The translations under genes were made by a program, and so were the position numbers. 64,000 bases of DNA from Tubiluchus corallicola (lineage: Eukaryota > Animalia > Priapulida), in contig JAQGDQ010000153.1 in the NCBI GenBank assembly GCA_030141605.1, positions 124,001-188,000 on the forward strand, written 5' to 3'. Shown in pieces: positions 23,771 to 35,094 of the stretch (the stretch's first letter is position 1; each line of letters starts with the position of its first letter). A model generated the notes under the pieces. That model did no database searches, was not told the DNA's origin, and was given only the letters and a program-made list of their open reading frames with translations.

Positions 23771-26700
23771 TGAATCTCTAGCTTAATAACAGTTAATCAA
23801 TTACGTTTACACGTCTGACGCTACAAAGGGAGCATTTCAGCCTTTAGGAAAACTGGCTGGCTTCGTTTTACATAAGATTGGTTTTGTTGACCTCCAAATT
23901 CAAAATGTATTTGTAAAAAGGCAGTATGAAACAAGATAGACAAATGATCGTCTTTCGCTTTTATCAGCATTTTTATAAAGACTGCAGTTTGGCGTAAGTC
24001 TTTTGCCAAATATCTAATAGTGTGATTTTATGATTTGAAGCATTAACTCGAATCAATTTTGGCTTGCCATATATTTCGTACGTAGCCTACTTACATCATG
24101 TATTTGTGCAACTTATCCACTTGCCAGAGTGCTTGGAATTGGTCTTGTGAAGTGAGAACTCATCTTGATAAAAACTTAATATTACAAAGTATGCGGATGT
24201 CTTCCGACCTCGACTTCCGATTTTCGACTTCGAGTGGTACCTTTCAGATAGTTCAAGTTAAAAGGAAAAGATATACCAAACATATTCATGCTATTGTAGC
24301 TGGAACACAGGCTTACTTTAAACAGTAAAACCATATTTATAATCAAATGGGATTGAGTAGGAGATGCGCTAGCAACAGCATTAGTAAACCGCTAGATATT
24401 ATATCAGGTGGGCTGACAATCAAAACATAATGTCGTAATAATTATGTGAAATTTTCTTTCTTATCAATATTGTCATTATTTTGTAAATACACATTGTATA
24501 ATTTAAGTGTATTTGCGTATGTTCAACTCAATAAATAGCTTTGAGTATTACCATCTCGCGTATTTACATAATAAGCAAATTACAGTTAGTTACTTAGATC
24601 ATGATGAAACAGGAAGACCTATTTCAAGAGTTCATTATACAAGTTGCAAATCAATCGAACCTGCGTATGAAAATTTTTCAACAACTGTAGGTGGCGTGCA
24701 GTCTTGTGATATAATGTAACCTATTTCTAATACGTGTACAAGGAGTTTAGTTATTTTAAGTGACATTGACATGGTCCCTAATTTAAGATGTGCTTAATAA
24801 ACTTTCACGTGCAGGAAACACTATGTTTTCTTTGATAATGGCTGTGATGTTTATTGTAAAAACAGAGCATTTTTAACGACGAGGCGCTTACGAAAATGCT
24901 CTTTTTGTAAACTAATACGTCACCCAAATTTGGAGTCCAGAATAAAAATATACGGAATCAAAAACACTGAAAATTTATCAAAAATAAGGGGTGTCAGGAA
25001 ATGGTTGCCTCCACTGTACAGAAGATACAAAAAAGAATAAATAGAAACGGACATGCAACGAGAAAGAGCATAAAAGTTTGAGTGAAGAACACGTAGGGTC
25101 TCATCTTAATATCTAGTACTGCCATTATTGCAGTTCTGAACACCATGAATAGGTACGAGTCAAATTTGTATAGGTTTCTCAATGGGAATGGCAGCTCATT
25201 TCTTCAAGAATTTCGTTAATTTTTTGTTTTTGACAAAAAGGAATGGAAAGAACAGAAAAAAACACATTAAAACAATATTATAAAAATTAAAATATATGGA
25301 AAACGTTTATACCCACTTGTCATTCGTTTCAAAAATATAGTATCCTATCACTTCCTGACTGTATGTAAAGTTATCAAACCTTTCAAGGAAAATGCCTATA
25401 AAAGACTGATTGGAACTGCGTTCACAATATGCAAGAAGTGCAAATAACTTGTATCTGCGAAGGGGGAAGTTTCAGCTCTCAAAGTTCACACTAGTTGAAT
25501 CTACGTAATGAAAAAATGATAATTATTAGTACTAATTAGCATTATTTGAGAGAATGAGTTGAAAAAACGGAAAAATGTTGACATTGTTACGTTTTGTTCT
25601 CTTGGCGTAATAATCTATAATGCAGTCGAAAAGAAAACAGCAAAACAGCTGTAGGTTTGCTTGTTATGAGCAGCAGTACGGTTACTGCAAACAGGTGCGA
25701 AAAGGAAAATAATAATGAACTACGCTAGCCAAGTATTCCGCGAGCCCTCCACATCTCCGAATAACCTAAGATGTAAATTTGTAATTGAGGCGATTGGGCA
25801 TGACCTTTAGAAGACTTTGGAATTAATGCAGAAATCACCGGAAACTATGCACATTGGATTACTCGTTTGCGAATAACTCTGTTGTTGTTCTCCTTTTCGT
25901 TTTCGTTCAGGTTCATGCAATTAGTGTAGTGGCTTATAGGTAGCATTTTTCGGTCCTGCAGGAAATTGGTGTTAAGTTTTGATACAGTATATCAAGGATG
26001 TCTATCTTAGGACGTAAAGATTGCAAAAATATTGTCATTTTTTAAGCAAATATAAGTTCAAAATTCAAGATGGCGTCCAAGGTAGCTGCCGAGTATTCAA
26101 GGTTCTATGTTCTTGCTTCTCATTAATTGAAATTAATCGTTCAGATCATCAGACGACTAGTTATGGTACCTATTAGTGTCCATAAACGAGTCAAACTCAT
26201 AGTGAAATATCCCCTTGATTAAGCTCCATGCCCTACCCAACCCAATTTTAGTATAGTTTAGACCCACAGTTGGTGAAACAAAAATACATGTACGTGAATT
26301 CACGCCGATTAATTCTGTCTTTGGGATGACCCCAAATGAAACTGAATAACAAGACATAAAGTCCTTAAAAACTACGAAAAAAACTAGTCGTATCAGCAAC
26401 CACGTAATAGTATTACAGATTTGCAGTGCCTAGATGAAATAGTGCCTGGGAAAATGAGTAGTTTCTAGAAAAAAAGAAATTCAATATAGTGCAGCAAATA
26501 TAAACCTACCAGTTAAAAATGTAGATTTCAGATGCTTGCAATTTTGAGCCTCTACTAAGCACAAAATAATGCCATAACAGCAAAAAAACATAGTGCGGAA
26601 AACTGCTAACTATTATGGAGTTTTTATGTTTATGAGCAAAACTGATTTCGTTCAAATATTGTTGATTTCTTTTATCTTCATTGTAAAATCTTTCAGAGCA

Positions 26701-28127
26701 TTTTATTGTGATAACTCTATTAACCCAAAGGATTATTACCAAAAAGTTGGCACATGCACGAACTTTCTCAGTTTCAATAGTTTAATTCAAAGTGCATAAG
26801 AAAAATATGCTACAAAATTTGGGTGACGTCAATAATTATAACTCTTGTTGAACAGGCACTGTGTGGTTATATCATTGGTAGAGCTGCATAAAAATGGAAC
26901 ATTTAATTAGAACATGGGCCTTTTGATTGTACATTTTTATCAGCCTTCACGGGAATGGTCTACATTCTTGATTTGTCATTTAATCTGAACAAATGTATAT
27001 TCTTATTATTAATTTCACCATGTCGTCAACTATCATCATTATATTCTCATCCTCATTAGATGTATATAGGCCCATTACTTGAAATTTCACAATAAGGACT
27101 TTTTACAAGTGTGGCTTCTTTAATGTCCTTCAGCACAACACATTTAAGTGGGAATCTAATCACTTTTTCAAAATTCGCTTCTTATTGGGTATTTTACCAT
27201 TTGTTAGCCATTGAATTATTGAAAAACATTTGTTTCTTTAAATGTTGGCACTGTATTTGTGTTGATGTGAAATAAACAATCTTGCAAAAAATCTTGAAGA
27301 ACTAGGATGGGCAAATAATTAGCTTATAAAACATTTAGTCAAGTTTAAACTTTGTAACAGATGCTACATAACAAACTCTAATGAGCCCACTCTCATATAA
27401 CAGTAAATCTGTTGAAAATATCAAGTAAAAAAATCAACAAAATACACGAAGTGTGTGTTGTGTTTTTAAATTTGTTTACAATCTACAAACAACTTGTTGC
27501 GTAGTTTACAACAATACATGTATATTGTTCAAAATAATCATAATATGCAATACAGTCGCAATACACACCAGTCAATGTTATTGATATACATTATATATTG
27601 TGTGCTGTGCAGGAGGATTTTAATAAAACAATCCAGTTTCTAACAAAACCTTAGTACTACGATGATTTTCAAAAGTCCAATCAAGTTTAAATAAACTTGT
27701 CTGCTTCATAATTGCCTCAACTATTTTTTACCATTTGTATATACACAGTAATTCAGTTTTTAACTGTAATGTGCTATTTTAATAAGCATGCTACTCACTT
27801 ACTCTTATTACAAAAAACATTAGTACAGAGGTCTTCCAAAAGTGCATTTAACATACATGTACATACAAGGGCGTAATGAGTAGAATACAACATTCAAATG
27901 CAGTGGAAGTTGTCACCTTTTATACCACAGGATTGAATCCGTCTACAGAAACCAACGAAGTAACAATACTGCCTTTCTTGAAATTTACTTTAACATGACC
28001 GTTGCAGTTGTCCAATATGCGCAAATAAATTATCATCCAATCAGGAGTGGGAAGTTGAAAATTAGCATACAACAAACACACAATTAATTAAATTCTGATA
28101 CCAAAACTAAAACAGGAAATGTTAAAA

Positions 28128-28512
28128 GGTTGGAATGTAGCCTAGATTGAACCACGGATCTTCTGCTTACATTGCAGATACTTTATCTACTAAACCACTT
28201 CATCTCCCAGTGGACAAAGCAGTACAAAGCTCATTCTTTAATGCATGACAAACCAAATTCAGCATTTCCAATGTAAGATCACTGAAATAGAGTAACTAAA
28301 CCACGCTCAAAATTAATTAAAGTAATAAAATAATCGAATTAGTTATAGAATCGCCTTAGTGTGGGAGATCTAACATTGCAAACGCTGAACTTGGTTGGCC
28401 AGTTATAAGGTATGAACTTGACTGCCTTAACCACTGAGAGATGTGGCTGCCTAGCAGTTAAGGCATCTGCAATGTAAGCGATCCTGGTTCAAATCCAAGC
28501 AGCACCTCAACT
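28128..28512. mobile_element. Cluster of tRNA-derived (SINE-head-like) sequences downstream of TAF5
   Basis: Minus strand 28130-28200 has A-box/B-box-like TGGTTTAGTAG...GGTTCAATC with stem TCTGC-AATGTAA-GCAGA; plus strand 28445-28510 has TGGCTGCCTAGCAG...GGTTCAAATCC; both share ATCTGCAATGTAAGC. Confidence 0.5.
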
Positions 28513-28613
28513 TCTTGAAAGAAATAACATAATAACTAGATTATACAGTAACTAGTGTTGCGGGCCATACATTTGCATATATACACAATACACTTGTCTT
28601 CAACTAACTGCTA

Positions 28614-30626
28614 TCAGTTGCCACCACAGGAAGTAGACGTATTTTCGTCAAAAGGACCTACTGCAAAAAGAAGATTTCTTCTAGTAAAGTGCAAATGTAG
28701 AACTGGAGATTTTTTAGTTGGAAAGGATCCTACAGGTTTTTTGATCACTTCAACCCTTGCATGTAGACTAGAAGATGGCCGTACTTCATCACTATCTTGA
28801 CCATTAAATGGCTGCATATTCCACAACTTAACACAGCAATCATTGCCACCAGATGCCAACTGTGTGCCTTCCCGACTAAAACACAAAGAATAAATTGTAT
28901 CAGTGTGATCTACAAACTGTGCTACCAAAGTGCCACGAGAAATATCCCACACAAGTACATAACCATCAGCTCCTGCACTTGCAAGCAGTCGACCGCATGG
29001 AGCAAAGCACAAAACTTGAACAGCACCCTTGTGCCCAGTGAGATGACGCACACAATTGCCACTTAGTACGTCCCACAATCGAACACACCTGTCGCTGGAA
29101 CCACTGGCTACATAATTAGAGTTGGGATGAAATTTAATACACTGGACGTCAGTCATGTGGCCAACAAATAACCGTATTGGTTGGTGATGATCTGTGGCCC
29201 ATAACCTGGCAGTTCCGTCCTGTCCGGCTGATGCGAAATAGTAACCATGAGGACTAAATACTACATCCCAAACAGGGTAAATGTGTCCTTTGTAGCACAC
29301 GAGGCAAGAGTACGTGAAGGTACTCCACAATCTGATAGTAGTATCTTCAGAACAAGATATAATATAGTTTCTATCTTGGCTGAAGACTGCACTGTAAACT
29401 GGTCCGCTGTGCCCCAGCAGTACCTTCATGTCTGAGGAAGTCCTGTCATCCATCATACGTTCCAAGACATCATCAGCATCTTTATCAATAATAGCCAGCT
29501 CAGATGCTGGTTTCATGCTGCGGAGTGAAGCAGGAGTAAGGGAATAGACACGCAGAACACCGTCAGCAAAGCCAGACACCAGCATGCTAGAGTCTTCTGT
29601 CACATTAACACACGTCACACTGTGGTGGGTGTTAAAGAAAGTATAAAAGCATATAGACGGAAGGCATTCGGCCGAAAGCTTCACACGTTTTGCAGCTTCG
29701 CGCAAAGCTGTAATTTTGTCTATTTTGTCTGAATCTCTTAAATCAGGTAACGGGACCCTGTTAATCGATGGAGCATTAGGATCATTTTTTGACTTGCGCG
29801 AAAACAACTCTTTCTTTGGCTTCTTTTTCTTGGGCCTGTCGTCATTATCACCAATATCATCATCATCTTCTAGAGGAACTGCTAGTTCTGGTTCTTTTAG
29901 TAACCCGTAGCATATTTTGGATTTATTTGCTTCACGTTTAGCCTCTCCACCAAGTGCACCAGCAGCAGCTGTAATTTGCTGTTCGGTACGTGGAATTCCT
30001 TCAAAAACATCTATACAAAGGTGGTCCTGTATAAGATTTAAAAGGAAGTTCTTTTTCTTCTTCTGCAAATGACGTTTAAGACAACTGTAGGAGTCTCTCG
30101 ACATGCGTATCACAAACTTGCTTGATCTGAAGTTTTCCATTATAAAGTCATTTTCTTCCAGCTGTTCTCGTTTGGTCACCATTCGTAGCTGCCGCAGATT
30201 CTCCATAACATATGATTCTTGTTCGTTTGCAAATGCATCAAAGAACTTAATAGCTTCTTCCGTATGATTGTTATAGACCAGTTCCAGATACATGTGGATG
30301 AAGATAGGATATAACAAACTTGCCAGTTCACATTTATAGATGTCCAGTTCATTTTCGATAAAGTTTTTCAAACTAGTATAGTGGTCTATATACAAACTAG
30401 GATCACCTTCACTTTTATAAACATTAAGAGCTGCAGACACATCACTTGGCACTGCTCCACTTTTCTGCTGCTCGAGTTCTTCATCCTCAATGTTTGCCTC
30501 TTTTTTGAACAACATCTGTGTTTCTTTTAAGTTGTTCTTCTTTAAGAACTGCATGACGGCAAGCAATGTCTGCTTGTCCATTGTGTTCTCTGATTTTTCA
30601 GGTTTAACTGGTAATGTTGTTTCCAT
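28614..30626 (-). CDS. TAF5: Transcription initiation factor TFIID subunit 5 (single-exon CDS, ~670 aa)
   Basis: LisH motif (DKQTLLAVMQFLKKNNLKETQMLFKKE), NTD2 domain (LLYPIFIHMYLELVYNNH...), LPSICFYT, WD40 repeats (GHSGPVY, GHIYPVWDV, FHPNSNYVASGSSDRCVRLWD), C-terminal FPTKKSPVLHLHFTRRNLL. First ATG at 30626 (the ORF track starts at GTG 30641). Confidence 0.96.
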   Translation of the reverse strand: METTLPVKPEKSENTMDKQTLLAVMQFLKKNNLKETQMLFKKEANIEDEELEQQKSGAVPSDVSAALNVYKSEGDPSLYIDHYTSLKNFIENELDIYKCELASLLYPIFIHMYLELVYNNHTEEAIKFFDAFANEQESYVMENLRQLRMVTKREQLEENDFIMENFRSSKFVIRMSRDSYSCLKRHLQKKKKNFLLNLIQDHLCIDVFEGIPRTEQQITAAAGALGGEAKREANKSKICYGLLKEPELAVPLEDDDDIGDNDDRPKKKKPKKELFSRKSKNDPNAPSINRVPLPDLRDSDKIDKITALREAAKRVKLSAECLPSICFYTFFNTHHSVTCVNVTEDSSMLVSGFADGVLRVYSLTPASLRSMKPASELAIIDKDADDVLERMMDDRTSSDMKVLLGHSGPVYSAVFSQDRNYIISCSEDTTIRLWSTFTYSCLVCYKGHIYPVWDVVFSPHGYYFASAGQDGTARLWATDHHQPIRLFVGHMTDVQCIKFHPNSNYVASGSSDRCVRLWDVLSGNCVRHLTGHKGAVQVLCFAPCGRLLASAGADGYVLVWDISRGTLVAQFVDHTDTIYSLCFSREGTQLASGGNDCCVKLWNMQPFNGQDSDEVRPSSSLHARVEVIKKPVGSFPTKKSPVLHLHFTRRNLLFAVGPFDENTSTSCGGN

Positions 30627-31357
30627 ATTCTGTTTGGGCACAGAAAACCTATAGTTACAAAAACAAATTATTTAGAAAGTACAATATGTCGATGGTCTGT
30701 AATGCTGTGCAGCTAACCATTTTGAGGCACTTTTTTGCAGGAAACATAGTTACTTGTATTAAAATTTGCGATTTTGGAAATGACTTTTTTCAGTTAAAGG
30801 TCAATGGATAGGCTAAGGTCTCCTATAAGCCTACGAAATGTGTTGAGGAAGAAGAGAGTAAATTACAAATCACTGTACGTATTTAATACTTATAGAAATA
30901 TAGTTCATAGAAGCTTTTTTGTATTAACAACAAAGCATTGCTTCTTCGCTGGCCTTGTGTAGACACAACAATATTATGGAGAAACGTATAATGACACCAA
31001 ATCACATCAAGTTAATTTAAATAAAATCATTTTTCTAGTTAACATTTCAAAAATAGAGAACAATGTGCAACAAAAATTAGCCATAACAAGGACAGGAAAG
31101 TAAAATATTTAAAAGAGTAATAACCCAACAAGACACAGTAGCGAGAGGATTAAAAAAGTCACCAACTTAGTTACCCTTCTATAGACAAAAGAATAAAGTA
31201 ATTTAAGCGTAGTTATAAATGACTGATTAAACAATAACTCACAGTTTATTTAAATGTTAGGAAAAGTAGTTTTGCAGGTATTGTTTGGTTTAGAAAATTT
31301 ATAATGAGTTTTTTGGATGAGAACATAGCCTAGGTCCAAATTCATTAAAGTTCTTAT

Positions 31358-31358
<1 letters not shown>

Positions 31359-31436
<78 letters not shown>

Positions 31437-31441
31437 CCTAC

Positions 31442-31500
<59 letters not shown>

Positions 31501-31505
31501 CTATC
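31359..31505. repeat. (ATCT)n tetranucleotide microsatellite
   Basis: Direct inspection. Confidence 0.97.
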
Positions 31506-31821
31506 TGTCTGTCCATCAATCCATCCATCTATTGATCTAACAATTTGTGTATTTATCTACTCTTTACTAACTTTAACTATCTTTTTCCCTTGTTTTTCTC
31601 CTGCTAGTTTCACTTGTCATTTAGAGCAATGATTCAGCAAAAAAAAAATGCAAATACAAACATGTCCCAAACTTGGTATACGCTGTCAGCATAGAGTAGA
31701 GTGAGAAAGAATGTTTTTGTTATTATTACTATATAGAACGTGCTGCTGAAGTTAGCAAACACATCCTGTAGCCACGGAGAGGTTGAATTTCATCAGCGTA
31801 AAATGTTTATATTTCTATATA

Positions 31822-32597
31822 CAGTAGTCGCCGCTTAATAGACTCGCTTTGGGACTGACGTGTTTTGACCCAATTAACCGACTGAACCTATTAACCGATG
31901 GGTGTAGTATTACAGGTACAGAAGTCTGAGTCTTTAGCTTACTATGCACTGCAAAGGTTTTTAATGAATTTTAGAAAAGAAGTAATGCCTAAATTCCTTA
32001 AATGTGCACTTAAAAATTAGAAAAAAAATTTAAAATATTAATTTATATAAGTGAATTAGCAATAAATTAAAAGGTATACTTTTCTAAATCACAGACTTTT
32101 CTGAGTCTGTTTATTTGCAAAAATTCCTTCAAAGTCGGCTGCTTCATTTTCTCACAAAGAAGTTGGCCCACAATGAAAATCTGTTGTTGTGCGTGACTAA
32201 AACAGTTCTGAATTCGAATAGCTTCCAGAAATTCTTTGGGTAACAAGGTTAATTGCATTGGGCGAGCGGGTAACAGATTCAAAGCAAAACCGCTACGCAG
32301 CGTATTAGCGCATGATAATCATATCTGTTTACACACAAAACGGTACTTAACATGATTGCTTCTACATATATAATGCACAAAAGGGAATTAAAGATGACAT
32401 AAAAGTAGGGAAGGCTGTTTGGGCACATACAAATACATGTCTTATTTTAAGTACGTGAAGGAAAAATGTTGAGTCATTCGAGTCAATTACTGATAGTTTT
32501 TATGTATATTTGAATAGAAGCGGCCCGTTCCATGCGTTTTTGAGTCAATTAAGCGATTGAGTCTATTAGCCGTAAGTCTATTAAGCGGCGACTACTG
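31822..32597. mobile_element. Tc1/mariner (pogo/Tigger-like) MITE
   Basis: Perfect 23-bp TIRs CAGTAGTCGCCGCTTAATAGACT ... AGTCTATTAAGCGGCGACTACTG flanked by TA on both sides. Confidence 0.88.
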
Positions 32598-32960
32598 TAT
32601 CTATATAGAGTTGGGACCCTTTTCTGTATAACACAGTGTGTCAGTCATGATGCTCATGACAGGATACTTTTTAGTATACACTATATATACTATACATATA
32701 TACAATAAACATATTTTATTGTCGACCTCACATTGTTGTTTCGGCAAGGACACTGCCATGATTTTCTACAGCTAACTCTTAGGCTGGCCCAGGGTTTCCA
32801 TTTTGTAAGAATCTGATTATCGCATTAGAGGCTAAAAATTATCATATTTTCCACCATATTATCATATTAATGGCCGAGTAGTGTTACTGTTTATACCATA
32901 ATTACCAGAACATACGATAATTTAAGACTTCCTGCCGTAAGAAAAGAAATTTATATGATA

Positions 32961-33529
32961 AGGCCGGCCACAAAAAATTTTTCTGTCTTACCTCATGAAC
33001 TCAAATGATGTCAGTAGGGAGGGAGGAAAAAATTATTTTCAAAAAAAAATTAAAGCTTTATAAATGAATGTTTAAGACTGAACCATAGAGTACTTAAAAT
33101 CAGTTGAAATCAAAGTTTGTTTATTTCCCAATGAATAGTAGTGTTTCAAATTTTTTCGAAACACATTTTTTCGCACTTTTTGTTTAATAGTTTTTAGTTT
33201 CGCATCACCAAATTATCATATAATTATCGAATATTGTATAGTCTCTTCTTTGTATCATGAAGTACGTACACATGTTCTGATAATTATGGTATAAGCAACA
33301 GCACTACTTGGTTGTTAATGCACCAATTTGGCAAAAAAAATCGTTACTTTTTAGCCTCCAATACAATGAGAGTTAGCAATGCAAAAACATGGCCGCATCC
33401 TGAGTTCTCCGAAGGAACGATGTTATAATAATTATTATATTTTCAATTAAATAAATACGCTTTTATAAGACTGCGTTAAGTAAGTATATGCACGTACAAA
33501 AAATAAAATAAAATTCCCAGCCGGGTGTG

Positions 33530-33567
<38 letters not shown>

Positions 33568-33627
33568 TTATAAAAAACATATCATCCAAGCGATTAGATG
33601 GAAACAGAAGTATTTTTATTGTCAGCT
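32961..33627 (+). mobile_element. Non-autonomous DNA transposon (Kolobok-like MITE), copy B
   Basis: AGGCCGGCCACAAAAAA start; homologous to 14548-15161; TTAA at the right end. Confidence 0.65.
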
Positions 33628-33775
33628 TAATTAAATAAACAAAAAACTAAAAAGCAGTCTGAAAAAATGTCCATTGAAAAAATTAGAACATTACTGCTAA
33701 GTAGTAGGAAATAATCTGAGTTTAATTGTTCCACGATTTAGCCTTGAACAATCAGAAGGCTTCAAAGTTTAAAAA

Positions 33776-33847
33776 AACTTCCTCCCTCCCTACTGACATT
33801 TCTTGAGCTCATGAGGTAAGACAAACAAAATTTTTTGTGGCTGGCCT
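33776..33847 (-). mobile_element. Inverted partial copy of the same Kolobok-like element end
   Basis: Reverse complement of 32961-33030 (TTCCTCCCTCCCTACTGACAT...ATGAGGTAAGACA...TTTTTTGTGGCTGGCCT). Confidence 0.7.
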
Positions 33848-34470
33848 CATTGATTTATTTCATCATGTATAAGCCAAGTACATTGTTTACAAGCAAATAC
33901 AGCGCCTCTATGCTATTGTGCATTAAAATGACTTGTGTCCATCGTGTACCGTGTGCAGAAACAGAAAGCAAAATGTAGGTTGTTGCACGTGTTCACAAGC
34001 TTTTTCTGACATTCCCTCAGTTTTACATGGAAATATTCGGTTTGTTTAGTATAATTTTCACCCAAATTAACAGTTGAAAAAATTAACTTTGGTACCCCGA
34101 AGATTCATCAGACTTTTAGTGATTACAAATGCAGCTTACCGGACCAGATTTTTATACTGGTTCGAATATTCGGTGCACATCTACACATGTGCATCCACTT
34201 GCAATTAATTTTTCATGTTTTTATAAATATTCAGAGGTATCTACAATCCCAAGAACAATGTATCCACAATCAGTGCACTAACTTCATTCAATTCAGTGTT
34301 ATTTCGTAACTATTTCTTATCACTGTACAATTTACATTTATTTCAGAAAATATTAGAATAAGGGCTACATGTACAGGACTGTATAGTTGCACGTTATCCA
34401 GGTAGCCATCGCATTTAGCATTGTAAGCTATTTCAATCGTTATATCACGATGTTACCATTGATGTAATCA

Positions 34471-35094
34471 TGTTGGGCGCCGAGTAACCCACTAGCCGAA
34501 GTAGGACAATTGGTGTACATGGGCTGCCCAGGTAGGACACCAGAAACAGGCGCGAATTGAGTCGTTAAGTGTACTAGCACCATCCGTTGTCCTTGTTTAT
34601 GTAATAATAATAAATAAAAACATCAATACACATTGAATAATTTATTACACATCTGACAAAATAAAAGAATTTTATTCTGAGCTAGTAGAACAGACAATAT
34701 TAAATTTAGCTCCGATATTAATGTTGTTGAAGTGAAATTAACCCACTTTTAGGCGATTTCAACATTTGTTTAAGGTATATCATTTTTTACTTTGTCTATG
34801 AAGGCTTAGCAGTATCTGTCTCATTTTTAAACTTGCAATTATTTCTGTAATAACTAAAAATACATTAATTTTGTAAATTGTCAAGGACTATCCATCATTA
34901 TTATAAAGTTACCTTTTCTCTAAAACAAATTTAGTTTCATGTTTTATGATGTCATCATAATTATCGATTCTCGTCAAAAGTCGGCAGTGCCCCACTTGGG
35001 CTGCCCATGTAGGACACTGCTTTTCTGCAAATTTAGCACATGCATTTTACCGGAAGTGTCCTACTTCGGCTAGTGGGTTACTCGGCGCCCTACA
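34471..35094. mobile_element. MITE with ~38-bp TIRs, TGT...ACA termini and 4-bp ATCA TSD (Ginger-like)
   Basis: TGTTGGGCGCCGAGTAACCCACTAGCCGAAGTAGGACA ... TGTCCTACTTCGGCTAGTGGGTTACTCGGCGCCCTACA; ATCA at 34467-34470 and 35095-35098; internal direct repeat TGGGCTGCCCA-GTAGGACAC. Confidence 0.82.

Noticed and set aside
28128-28512. Functional tRNA genes
   Set aside because: Acceptor stems and D arms are imperfect, and one copy lacks part of the anticodon stem; more consistent with SINE heads or pseudogenes.
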